Below, piece after piece: positions 28,144-38,189 of a stretch of 64,000 nt of DNA. Within the stretch, counting starts at the first letter, position 1; each line of letters begins with the position of its first letter. Where the stretch lies: NCBI GenBank assembly GCA_018992685.1, contig JACVGT010000003.1, positions 13,050-77,049 of the forward strand. Direction: 5' to 3'. A model generated the notes under the pieces. The model ran no database searches. It saw nothing but the letters and a program-made list of their open reading frames with translations, and had not been told where the DNA came from. The position numbers and the translations under genes were made by a program. The DNA is from Theionarchaea archaeon. GTDB lineage: Archaea > Methanobacteriota_B > Thermococci > Methanofastidiosales > SZ-28-30.

Positions 28144-30921
28144 TCACAGAACCACGAATTCTCGTTCTAGCCTGCTGAATTCAACATGAGAAAGTGTATC
28201 TCTGAAAAGAGGGACAATGAGTATTGAATTGCGTGTTACAATAATGTCTTTCAGGGCCTGCAGGTATTTGAGGAGAGTTTCAAAACTTGTTTGAGTTGCC
28301 AGGTATTCTGCACCGTCAAATAGTATCACAGATTCCTCAGTTCTCTCCACAAATCCTCGAAGGATGTAGTTCAGTTTGGACAGGTCATTCGGGCTCATAG
28401 CATTGGAATCCTCCGCCTGCGACAACCAGAAAATGGGAGTCTTGGTCAATCCATATGCTCTTCTGAGCTTATCAGGGTGTTCTCTGGAGATTATAAACCC
28501 AGGTACGCCATGAGTGACCAATTCGACGAAAATCTCTAGAGATTTCTGGGGTTTGGGTTCCAAGACAATGTAACTCTCTGAATTTTCTACCATACGCGTC
28601 TTCTTTGTCTTCAGATGATTTTCTGCAACTGGTTCCACGAGGATTCTCGTTCTGTCGATCAAGGCTGAAGACATGCTCGCCAGAATTTCCACATCCTTTA
28701 TGTCATCTTCGTCTATTCTTCTCTTGGTCTCAACATTATCAGCTCCCAGTGCAGCAAAAGCTTCATCCTGGACGACAATGGGAACCCAGATAAATGATTC
28801 TGATTCTGAGGTGATTTGTTTTCCCTCATCTGGAGTGTATTTTTCCACATAGATTGTTCTCTTCTCTCGGACACACTTCACAGCAACGTAGTCAGGATCA
28901 CTCAATGGCACTGATATCCCTTTTGCCGGGAGCTGGGTTCCCTTTCCAAGATAATATTCCAGCGTCCCCCTTGTTGAATTCACCAGGGCAATGCCTGACC
29001 GGTCAAATCCTAATCTTACCACACTCTCCACGATGGTATGCATTCCTCTCTCCCAATTTCTCTCACTCTGAAGGTTCTGTCGTGTCTCTAAGAGTATTTC
29101 CAATCGTCTCGATCTTTTCTCTATCCTTCTTTCGAGTTCCCGGTTCAGTGATTTCACTTCGTCAAATAACCGTGAATTCCTGACCGCCGAGGAGATCACT
29201 TCACTCAAGGGCTTCAAAACTTCAATATCTTTCTGGTCATAAGCATTTTCCACTGACTTTGAGATATGCAGTGCGCCCACGCATTTCCCCTCAACCATGA
29301 GTGGAACGAGAATCTGAGATATACACACTTCTGTCCCGGGAATCCACACTCCTCTCTCGTCCTTGTCTGCATTGTCCAACAACAAAATGCTCCCGTTCTT
29401 GATACAGTGTCCCACCAACCCTTCTCCGCTCCCCAGAGTTGCGGTCTTCATGGCATCTCGAAGTCCTTCAGACACGTATGCTGGATAAATTCTTTCTTCA
29501 TCCTCAGAAAGGAGGAAGATCACAAAATTATCAAACCCAATCAGGTCCTTGACCGAATCTGATACAAATTTGTATATTTCCTGTATATCTATAGAAGAAT
29601 TAAGGAGTTTGCTTGCCTCAAAGAGACTTCTCAGCTGCTTCTCAGCCCGCTTGAGTTCGGTAATGTCGTTGAGAATGCCTTCGAAGAATTTCACCCTGGA
29701 GTTTTCATCCAGTGCGACGCGTCCGCTCTCAAGGACGGTAATCTGATGTCCGTTCTTGCACCGAAGTACAAGTTCAACATTTCTGACAAACCCTTCTTTT
29801 TCCAGCCTCTTAACGATATTCTCTCTTTGAATTGGATCGACGTAAAGATCAGTGGCAATATTCAAGCCTAGAAGCTCAGCCTCGGATTCATATCCGAGCA
29901 TTTGCACAAGTGCCGGATTCGCAAACAGAAGCCTTCCATCAGGAGTGGTCTGATATATTCCTTCGAGAACATTCTCGAAAAACTCTCTGAGTTTCCTCTC
30001 GGAAGCTCGCAACTCTTCTTCCGCTTTCTTGCGGTCTGTGACATCTCGTGTCGTGGCAATAAAGCCCACTGGATCTCCATTCGAATTCTTGATGACTGAC
30101 GCATTGAGTTCCCCAATGAAGTGAGATCCATCTTTTCTCAGGAACGTGTACTCCAGGTCTCTCACAGAACCCATTGTCAGGGTATCTTGAAGGCCATCTT
30201 TTGCCCTCTCCCGATCTTCAGGGGCAATGAGTTCGAATGCACTCTTTCCAAGTAAATCCTGGACATTCCTGGTGCCGTGCATCTCCAACGCGTGAGGAGA
30301 GACGAAAATGATTTCTCCTTCAAGATCAGTTGCAGTGATTGCCTCTGGAGAGGTATCAACCAATGTCTTGTATATTTCCTGCATTCCCCTTTGCTCTTCA
30401 AACAATTCTGCAGTTTCCAGGGCAATTGATGCATAGAATGCCAGAATCTCAAGAAGTGTTTGATCTCCTTCTGAAAAGGCATTGAGCTCCCTACTTTCAG
30501 CATCTAGTAAACCAATAGTCCTGTTCATGATCTTCAGAGGGACGCATAGCTCCGACCTCGCATTTTTCAACCCGGGGATATGCCTTCTATCCTTTCTCAC
30601 GTCTCCTATATTTAGAGAGCGCTGAGTTCTGGCAACGTGTACAGTGATGCCTTTTACGCTATCAAGCGGAATGACCGTCTTCATCTCAGGGTCTTTGAGA
30701 CCCCTGCATTCGAAGAGGTGTAATTCCTGAGCCTTCTCATCCACCAGGAATAGGTCAATATTCCCGAAATTCAGGGTTTTCTCTGCTGCATCCAAGACAG
30801 CACGACATATCTTAGTTTTGTCCAGAGTCAATGCGATTTCCTTGGAAAGATTATGAAGGGCAGAGAGTTTTTCCTCGTAACTAATCATTTCTTTTATTTC
30901 TTTACGTTCTTTATCTTTCAT
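28144..30921 (-). CDS. Multi-GAF/PAS sensor protein with C-terminal DUF835 domain (paralogue of 14903-17512)
   Basis: N-terminal GAF, three PAS S-boxes (TRDVTDRKKAEEEL linkers), a second GAF and a coiled coil. The C-terminal block HGVPGFIISREHPDKLRR...FWLSQ...FDGAEYL is conserved with the paralogue. Confidence 0.7.
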   Translation of the reverse strand: MKDKERKEIKEMISYEEKLSALHNLSKEIALTLDKTKICRAVLDAAEKTLNFGNIDLFLVDEKAQELHLFECRGLKDPEMKTVIPLDSVKGITVHVARTQRSLNIGDVRKDRRHIPGLKNARSELCVPLKIMNRTIGLLDAESRELNAFSEGDQTLLEILAFYASIALETAELFEEQRGMQEIYKTLVDTSPEAITATDLEGEIIFVSPHALEMHGTRNVQDLLGKSAFELIAPEDRERAKDGLQDTLTMGSVRDLEYTFLRKDGSHFIGELNASVIKNSNGDPVGFIATTRDVTDRKKAEEELRASERKLREFFENVLEGIYQTTPDGRLLFANPALVQMLGYESEAELLGLNIATDLYVDPIQRENIVKRLEKEGFVRNVELVLRCKNGHQITVLESGRVALDENSRVKFFEGILNDITELKRAEKQLRSLFEASKLLNSSIDIQEIYKFVSDSVKDLIGFDNFVIFLLSEDEERIYPAYVSEGLRDAMKTATLGSGEGLVGHCIKNGSILLLDNADKDERGVWIPGTEVCISQILVPLMVEGKCVGALHISKSVENAYDQKDIEVLKPLSEVISSAVRNSRLFDEVKSLNRELERRIEKRSRRLEILLETRQNLQSERNWERGMHTIVESVVRLGFDRSGIALVNSTRGTLEYYLGKGTQLPAKGISVPLSDPDYVAVKCVREKRTIYVEKYTPDEGKQITSESESFIWVPIVVQDEAFAALGADNVETKRRIDEDDIKDVEILASMSSALIDRTRILVEPVAENHLKTKKTRMVENSESYIVLEPKPQKSLEIFVELVTHGVPGFIISREHPDKLRRAYGLTKTPIFWLSQAEDSNAMSPNDLSKLNYILRGFVERTEESVILFDGAEYLATQTSFETLLKYLQALKDIIVTRNSILIVPLFRDTLSHVEFSRLEREFVVL

Positions 30922-31004
30922 CGTTATCCCTTCCAGATCTGGACGATTTCATCCCTGATAGAAATATAATTCATATTGAGGGAAGATATCGGAAGAATAA
31001 TATT

Positions 31005-31340
31005 CTATTTCGTGTCAGCTGCACGTAGGACCGTACCCCCATGATCCAGTTCTCGATCGACTATAGTATTCAAGAGAGCTATATCAACATCCTGTGAGGC
31101 TACTACACCCAGCTTATAGGAATTCCGCAGGAAAACGAAGAACCTATCATTCTCTGTGGGTTGAAGGTCGCGGGCGTCTTCGTGCCTGCTGTACATGCCT
31201 TCATACAACTGGAAGATGGTTCTGTCGAGAGATCTTTTCTCGTGAAGTTCCAGGTCTATGGCCAGCACCTTCTTATTCCTGGTAAGGAGGGCTCCTTTGA
31301 TTCCCGGTACATTCTTTCTCAGTGAACTTATTTCGAACAT
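31005..31340 (-). CDS. Roadblock/LC7-like small protein (tentative)
   Basis: 111 aa. NVPGIKGALLTRNKKVLAIDL resembles the roadblock N-terminal motif. Unverified. Confidence 0.3.
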   Translation of the reverse strand: MFEISSLRKNVPGIKGALLTRNKKVLAIDLELHEKRSLDRTIFQLYEGMYSRHEDARDLQPTENDRFFVFLRNSYKLGVVASQDVDIALLNTIVDRELDHGGTVLRAADTK

Positions 31341-31813
31341 CGTGTTTTCATCCTTTCAGTGGCTTTATATATGTATTTGTGCAATCTTCACATAAAATCA
31401 CACACGTTCTCACGTGTTTTCAAGAATCACCGGATCAACCTGGTATGTTCGTGCCTGTACTTCATATAGTTGTCCATTTATTGAAATAATCTGTCATCAC
31501 GATGTAAAGAGGAATTCCATCCATTGCTACTGTCTCCTTCATTCAGTTTTATTTCCTGTCTCTGAATAAAGTGCTATGATCCACGGAGTAGGGCCACTGT
31601 CATGATGTGAGAAGAGGTTCTTGGAGCATGTTGGTGCACAGGAACCTGGTGCTGGTTGAATTCTTGACTCTCTCAATCAGGGAATGAAAAAGCGGTCTTT
31701 CAAAGACCCTTGAAAAGATTAGCATGACGAAGTAAAACGCGGGCACATTTCCACTATCGTGAAGCCAATCAAGAGAGCGACAGATTTATAACCCTGTATC
31801 ATCAACGGCGCAT

Positions 31814-32083
31814 ATGATTTGGATATTAATCATACTGGGTTTTGTGCTCATGGCAGCTATTATAGCTCTCTTCTTGAAGAGTGGCAGGTATAAACAATCA
31901 GAGGAGGCAAAGGCACGTGGCTTTTGGTCCGTCTGGATGGGCGTTGGAGGAGCTATCGGGGCTGTCATCGGGATTCTTCTAGTGGAACTTGCTGATTACT
32001 CGTACCCTCTTCCAGCTATCTTGTGGATGATGGGAATGGCAGCTGGTCAGGTAGGAGGTATCTTATACAGTAGGTACCGGTAG
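31814..32083 (+). CDS. small 2-TM membrane protein (hypothetical)
   Basis: Two hydrophobic helices. A TATA-like GATTTATAACC lies about 25 nt upstream. Confidence 0.3.
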   Translation: MIWILIILGFVLMAAIIALFLKSGRYKQSEEAKARGFWSVWMGVGGAIGAVIGILLVELADYSYPLPAILWMMGMAAGQVGGILYSRYR

Positions 32084-32651
32084 AAGGGCTTTGCTGACTA
32101 TTGTTATTTATTTCACTTCCGTTTGATTCTAAGATAGAAAATAGGTTATGATGAGCTGTTCTGGTTTAATCTAACTCTCAGTCCCTTCTTGCTGGTGATC
32201 GAAATTCAGTATTTCTTCATTTCACTTCAGGTCAGAGCTATATTCAACTCTGTCAACACCTTTATCCCGAGAGTAATCCACACAACAATGACACTCAAGC
32301 CGGAGAACGTGGGCCCAACTTCCGGCAGTAATCTCCTCCAGTGCTCAGCATGCCCAGGCTCCTACTAGACTGAATTCAGAAACCTTTGCACACTGAACAT
32401 TCAAGAAGAAGTATATTCTTGATTTTTGGGTTGATCATACGTTTTTCAGGAATAAAAAAACGTCCTAGCAGTTTATTTGAGACAAAGGCTCTCCGGGTTT
32501 CTACTTCAACCTTTCTAAACCATATGGAACTATGTTAAATGTATTGAGATTCAGATTGTTGATATTTTATGATATCTAAACAATGTGAACAATGAAAACG
32601 TTCTTATATTACCGGGGTTTTCTATCACAAATCTCACAGGAGGTGAAAGAG

Positions 32652-34397
32652 TTGAAAGGAAAAAAAGCAATGCTGTTAGTATTGATACTCGCAATGAGCA
32701 TCCCGTCTGTTATATCGAGTGGCGACTCCATCAGTGTGGAGTACACTTTTAGCACCGTGTTCATGAATGACCACTGGGTCATCGTGGACGGTATTCTGCA
32801 GGAAATTGCTGGTGAACCAGTGGTACCGTGCTACCCCGCACGAATTCTTCTCCCTCAGGACGCTGAGGTTACTGATGTTAGTGTTTCCCACAGCAGCCCC
32901 ATCATCCAGCAGGGAATTGACATCCAGTGGGGGCAGCCCCCGTGTACATTCAGTGACACCCCAGTCAAGGTGGGGAGAAACAATGACATCTATGGCTCAG
33001 ACAATCCCTACCCGGGTAAGATGATTGACGTCCTTTCTGTTCAATCTTTCAGAGGGTTCAAAATACTGTATGTGAACTTGTTCCCGCTGCAGTACCAGCC
33101 AAAATCGCAGACTGCAACACTCTATGAAACAATTACAGTGAATGTCAAGACTCAGAAAGGCCCCGTCCAGACCCTGTACAGAGGATACAGTGCAGACAAA
33201 GAGGCAGTCATCGATCTGGTAGACAATCCTGAAACAGTGGATAGCTACACAACACCTGCGCAGAGTGTGTCACCACTCCTTGAATCGGGAACCTACGAAT
33301 ACATCATCATAACCAGCGACGCGCTGACACCAACCTTCCAAGCACTGGCCAACCACAAAGCTGCTTTCGTGAACGGAACGAAAATCGTCGATATCCAGTG
33401 GATTTACTCTAATTACACAGGGCTAGACGATCCCATGAAAGTGAGGAACTTCATTACAGACGCCTACAATACGTGGGGAACAAACTGGTGTCTCCTGGGT
33501 GGAGATGTGGATGTTGTCCCCTACAGAGGATTCTATGTACGGGTACCAGGAGGAAGAGATCCCGACATGGCAGCTGACATGTACTTTGGATGCCTGGATG
33601 GGACATTTGACGCAGATGGTGACGAACGCTACGCAGAAGAGAACGATGACATTGACTGGCTGGAGGAGGTCTTCATTGGGAGGGCACCTGTAGAGACGGT
33701 TGACGAAGCTCAAATATTCGTCAACAAGGTCATAGCCTATGAACTGGCGCCCAAACAGAAAATCTGTCAGTTCCACCAGTCTCGATTGTCCACCGGCAAT
33801 ACGCCCGATTCCAGAGTGATCGCCTGGGACTGCGAGTACTGGACACCCTCCGACTACGAAAAGCGAGAGCTCTTTGAAGAGGACGGCAATGTGTCCAAGT
33901 CTGACTGGATCGCTGCGTGGAATGGGAAGCCTCTGATGTTCCAGCACGTGGGACATGGCAATACCACAGTCTACGACATCTGCTATGAAGTAGGGGGAGA
34001 GGTTGCCTGGTATAATGCAGACGTTCCGAGCCTGGTTAACACCGATTTCTGGCCCATACACATGAGTGTTGCCTGCATCACCGGAGAATTCGAGGCTAAC
34101 GACTGTCTGGCTGAAATGTATGTCAAGGATGACGCAGGAGCCATCGCCACCATGATGAACGACAACTACGGATGGTATTCTTCACTTGATGCCTCCAAGT
34201 ACTCAGGGGAATTCCTGGAAACCATGTTCAGAGCCCTGTTCAGTGATGGAAAACAGAACCTAGGAGAACTTCTGAATCAGGCCAAGAGCTACTGGATCTC
34301 TGCAGCCGAGTCCAATGGAACATACAGATGGTGCTACTTCGAGATCAACCTTATGGGAGACCCTGAAACACCCTGTCTAACTCAGAGAGCCTTTTAA
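32652..34397 (+). CDS. Secreted peptidase C25 (gingipain-like, clan CD) family protein
   Basis: RBS GGAGGTGA, then a TTG start and signal peptide (KGKKAMLLVLILAMSIPSVIS). Catalytic dyad contexts FQHVGHGN (His) and SVACITGEFE (Cys) are typical of C25. Confidence 0.6.
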   Translation: MKGKKAMLLVLILAMSIPSVISSGDSISVEYTFSTVFMNDHWVIVDGILQEIAGEPVVPCYPARILLPQDAEVTDVSVSHSSPIIQQGIDIQWGQPPCTFSDTPVKVGRNNDIYGSDNPYPGKMIDVLSVQSFRGFKILYVNLFPLQYQPKSQTATLYETITVNVKTQKGPVQTLYRGYSADKEAVIDLVDNPETVDSYTTPAQSVSPLLESGTYEYIIITSDALTPTFQALANHKAAFVNGTKIVDIQWIYSNYTGLDDPMKVRNFITDAYNTWGTNWCLLGGDVDVVPYRGFYVRVPGGRDPDMAADMYFGCLDGTFDADGDERYAEENDDIDWLEEVFIGRAPVETVDEAQIFVNKVIAYELAPKQKICQFHQSRLSTGNTPDSRVIAWDCEYWTPSDYEKRELFEEDGNVSKSDWIAAWNGKPLMFQHVGHGNTTVYDICYEVGGEVAWYNADVPSLVNTDFWPIHMSVACITGEFEANDCLAEMYVKDDAGAIATMMNDNYGWYSSLDASKYSGEFLETMFRALFSDGKQNLGELLNQAKSYWISAAESNGTYRWCYFEINLMGDPETPCLTQRAF

Positions 34398-34866
34398 TCA
34401 TCTCTTTTTTATTTCTTTCTTTCTTTTCGAGCGTTTTGATAATACCTGATTCTCCAGTACTGCAAACTCTGAGGAACAGCAGTGGTTGAGCAATTGTTGT
34501 CATGATGTCACATCAATTCACAAAAGATCACATCTACTCACAAATAGATTTTTAAATTGTAGAATCTCTTTTTTCTCAGCCTGAGACCTCTATGCACAGA
34601 GCTGTCTCGGCTAATAGGAAGGGAAACAGCTCGATCAGGAGGAAGTGCTCCCTCAGGATGACAGAGAAAGGCTGGAGAGAGGGAATTACAGGTTCTTCAT
34701 AGGTAGTTCACCTCAAGACCCTCTCCAGCCTTAGACTTTTTCACATGAGATTATGAGATTCCTGCCAGTGGCAGCAAGCCCCATGATTTATTGCCATTGG
34801 AGACGGTGCCAACCATACCATTTTATAGGATGGAGCCGATCGGTGAGTCAATCGTGAGGGAACCCA

Positions 34867-35970
34867 ATGAACCACAAGGTTGGAATCATCGCAGACAGGC
34901 TCAACAGGACTCTAACAGGTGTAGGGATGTACGTGTACCACCTCGTAAATGAGCTCTCAAAGATAGAGGATATTGCTCTGATAACCTATCGGAATCCTTG
35001 CCCACCTCTTGACGTCCCCACAGAAATCATGAACCCCCTGGGAGCCTTCTCTGATCGCTCTCTCTATCTGTGGCATCTCTATGTGAATGGCGTTCTCCAC
35101 CGTACCACTCAGTTCGACATCGTCCATTCCCCTGAAAATGCTGCTCTCATCACCTCAGTGAAGTGCAAGAAAGTCGTCACTGTTCATGATCTGATTCTGT
35201 ATTTGTTTCCCCACTATGGAGGAATCCTTCACAGAGCACGGTACAGGATGCTTCTCCCGTGGACTGCAAAGACTGCAGATCGTATCATTGCTGTTTCTCA
35301 GAGTACGAAACGGGACCTTGTCACCCTGGTAGGAGTGCCGCAGTACAAAATCACAGTCATCTATCCAGGTGTGGGGCCTGAATTCAGCCCCTGTGACCCT
35401 CGTGCAGTCAGAGAGATACGGGAAAAATACCATCTCGAATGCCCCTTTATCCTGTACACGGGCACACTATCTCCTCACAAGAATGTTTCAACATTAGTTG
35501 CGTCCTTCAGGAAACTGAAAGACTCTGGGATGCCGCACTCTCTGGTACTGACAGGGGCAAAAGGCTGGAGATACCACTCCGTGATAGAGACCATTGAGAG
35601 GCTGCACATGGAAAAGAATGTCATCCTCACCGGGTACATTCCCTCTGAGGATCTTCCTGCTGTATACAGCGCAGCAGATGTGTATGTTTATCCTTCATTA
35701 TATGAAGGGTTTGGGCTGCCCGTAGTTGAAGCTATGGCATGTGGATGTCCGGTGGTGGCCTCCACTGGGTCTTCACTACCTGAAGTCGTGGGAGATGCAG
35801 GGATTCTGGTCACTCCCACCGTAGATGAATTGACTGCCAGCATACAGGAGGTTCTCAAGGACGAGAGCTTGAGAGACGAGTTATCTCGAAAAGGACTGGA
35901 GCGAGCATCGAAATTCACCTGGAAGAAAACAGCAGCTGAAACAAAGAACGTATATGAAGAACTGGCATAA
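34867..35970 (+). CDS. Glycosyltransferase family 4 (GT-B)
   Basis: C-terminal EGFGLPVVEAMACGCPVVAS motif. Confidence 0.8.
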   Translation: MNHKVGIIADRLNRTLTGVGMYVYHLVNELSKIEDIALITYRNPCPPLDVPTEIMNPLGAFSDRSLYLWHLYVNGVLHRTTQFDIVHSPENAALITSVKCKKVVTVHDLILYLFPHYGGILHRARYRMLLPWTAKTADRIIAVSQSTKRDLVTLVGVPQYKITVIYPGVGPEFSPCDPRAVREIREKYHLECPFILYTGTLSPHKNVSTLVASFRKLKDSGMPHSLVLTGAKGWRYHSVIETIERLHMEKNVILTGYIPSEDLPAVYSAADVYVYPSLYEGFGLPVVEAMACGCPVVASTGSSLPEVVGDAGILVTPTVDELTASIQEVLKDESLRDELSRKGLERASKFTWKKTAAETKNVYEELA

Positions 35971-35986
35971 GAAGAGTTATTCACAC

Positions 35987-37180
35987 ATGCGAGATGGTAC
36001 TGTGCACATATGTGATATTGCCCCTTTTGGTGTCTATCCCCCGAGGGGGGGAGGGCACAGCAGGATACACCATCTGAACCTGCAGGCTACACGGAAAGGA
36101 CACACCGTCTTTTTGTTTTCACAGGGTATCAGGAGGTTTGAGCTCACAATCCCCCTGAAATCATGGACTACAGGCATTAATGAGAGATATACTGAATATC
36201 GCTATGTCAATATGCTGTCTTTGGCTGCAGCTCTCTTCACGGGGAGTGCGGGTGCTCCGCCCCTCCTTGCAGGAGATGTCCTTGATATTGTGCACCCTTC
36301 CGTCCTGACGAGAGCAGTTCATCAGAGTGATGTGGTAAAAGTTGAGCATCCCTGGCAGATGGAGTATCTAAAGAGTATTGCAGGGGACCTGCCGGTGGTG
36401 ATAGTGGAAGCCAATGTGGAATGTGATTTGCTGCAACAGACACTGAACAAAAAGGTTCCCTATTCTCAATGGCTGTATGAGACAGCAGTGAAAAAGGAGC
36501 GGTCTGCTCTTGCCATGGCTGATGCAGTTATGGTGACTTCTTTCCGGGATAAGGAAACTCTCATCCGGAAATTCAAGGTGAAGGGTGCAGTTCATATTGT
36601 GCCCAATGGAGTTGACACATCTCTGATTTGTCCTGCATCCGAATCTGAGAAGGAAAAGGAAAAAGACAAGCTGGGGTTCTCCAATAAGACGGTTGTGTTG
36701 TTCACAGGATCTAGCCACCCACCTAATAGAGAGGCAGTTCGCCACATTGTGAGAATGGCCCATGATCTGCCAGAAACCCTTTTTGTGGTGGCAGGGAGAG
36801 TGGGAGATTCTCTGACAAGCACCAGAAATGTTCTCGTCACAGGATACGTAGAGGACATGACTTCCTTTCTCAGAGCTGCAGATATTGCTGTGAACCCCGT
36901 GACATCAGGGAGTGGGACTAATGTTAAAATGCTGGAGTACATGGCAGCAGGCCTCCCGGTGGTGTCCACTCCAACAGGTGTGAGAGGGCTAGATGTGGAG
37001 TCCGGAGTTCATGCCATGGTTCAGAATCTTGAAGAGTTCCCCTCTTCCCTTGACGTCATACTAAAGGATGAGGACCTTAGAGAGACTCTCAGTAGGAACG
37101 GGAGAACTCTTGTAGAGGAGAAATACAACTGGAAGAAGATCAGTGAGAAAGAGTTAGATATTTTGCAGCGACTTCTTTGA
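35987..37180 (+). CDS. Glycosyltransferase family 4 (GT-B)
   Basis: Motif NVKMLEYMAAGLPVVSTPTG. Overlaps or abuts the upstream GT4 gene. Confidence 0.75.
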   Translation: MRDGTVHICDIAPFGVYPPRGGGHSRIHHLNLQATRKGHTVFLFSQGIRRFELTIPLKSWTTGINERYTEYRYVNMLSLAAALFTGSAGAPPLLAGDVLDIVHPSVLTRAVHQSDVVKVEHPWQMEYLKSIAGDLPVVIVEANVECDLLQQTLNKKVPYSQWLYETAVKKERSALAMADAVMVTSFRDKETLIRKFKVKGAVHIVPNGVDTSLICPASESEKEKEKDKLGFSNKTVVLFTGSSHPPNREAVRHIVRMAHDLPETLFVVAGRVGDSLTSTRNVLVTGYVEDMTSFLRAADIAVNPVTSGSGTNVKMLEYMAAGLPVVSTPTGVRGLDVESGVHAMVQNLEEFPSSLDVILKDEDLRETLSRNGRTLVEEKYNWKKISEKELDILQRLL

Positions 37181-38176
37181 GGTCCCGAATACAGCATCCA
37201 CAACCCCCTGCAGGACTGATGTGACTACCGAGCTCTTTCCTTTCAGAGTGTAGACAGTGAGTTTTCTGGCAACCCACCCTGCGTAGAACAATGATGCCGT
37301 CACTCTCTTGAAGCCCTCACAGTGTCTCTTGATGAATATATACCTGTTTCTCACAAAATAGTACGCCATATGAGGACTGAACTCTCCGCCTGTGCTTCTG
37401 GCAATCTTGTGCCAGACTTTGCCTTGAGGGATATACACGCTGGTAAATCCTTTCTTGGAACATCGCACACAGAAGTCAGTTTCCTCAAAATAGGCAAAGT
37501 AGACAGGATCAAGAAGACCCACTGTCTCAAGGACGTCTCGCTTCACCAGGAAAGCACACCCCGGAATGTAGTCCACTTCCCCCTCATCGTACTTTCCATT
37601 AATTTCTCCTCGCCCCCTCTCTTTGGTTTTGCCTGTCCACCAGTTGATGATACCACCTGCAGCCTGTGTTCTCGTGGGGTCATCATAGTAATACAGGGTG
37701 GGCCCTGCAATGCCTGCTTTCTCGTGATGCTTTACCCCATTGATCAGCTCGGAAAGAAGAGACGGGTCAACTACAGTATCGTTATTCAACAGGAAGACGT
37801 AATCTGCCTCGCAGGAATGAAGAGCACATTGAATTCCAATATTATTTCCCTCCGCAAACCCGTAGTTTTCCTCATTCTTGATGAGGAGAAGATATCTCCC
37901 CGGTCTAGCGTTCCCTTCTGCTGTAGGTATATCAGCTCGGGCATACTCTTTGATTGTGATGGGGGGTTCTTCCCCGTGATATTGAAAAAAAGGTGATTCC
38001 ACGTGTATTCTTCCTGAACAGTATTCCCGTATTTTCTGTACTGACTCATCCTGTGACCCATTATCCACTACAATGACGTCATATTCTGGGTAGTCCAGCC
38101 GATACACAGATTCCAGGCATTCGATGGTATCAGCCCAGCCATTCCAGTTCAGGATGACAATTGAAACTCTGCACAT
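37154..38176 (-). CDS. Glycosyltransferase family 2
   Basis: N-terminus VSIVILNWNGWADTIECLESV...VVDNGSQD (DXD context). Confidence 0.8.
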   Translation of the reverse strand: MCRVSIVILNWNGWADTIECLESVYRLDYPEYDVIVVDNGSQDESVQKIREYCSGRIHVESPFFQYHGEEPPITIKEYARADIPTAEGNARPGRYLLLIKNEENYGFAEGNNIGIQCALHSCEADYVFLLNNDTVVDPSLLSELINGVKHHEKAGIAGPTLYYYDDPTRTQAAGGIINWWTGKTKERGRGEINGKYDEGEVDYIPGCAFLVKRDVLETVGLLDPVYFAYFEETDFCVRCSKKGFTSVYIPQGKVWHKIARSTGGEFSPHMAYYFVRNRYIFIKRHCEGFKRVTASLFYAGWVARKLTVYTLKGKSSVVTSVLQGVVDAVFGTSKKSLQNI

Positions 38177-38189
38177 GGGTTACGCCTCT

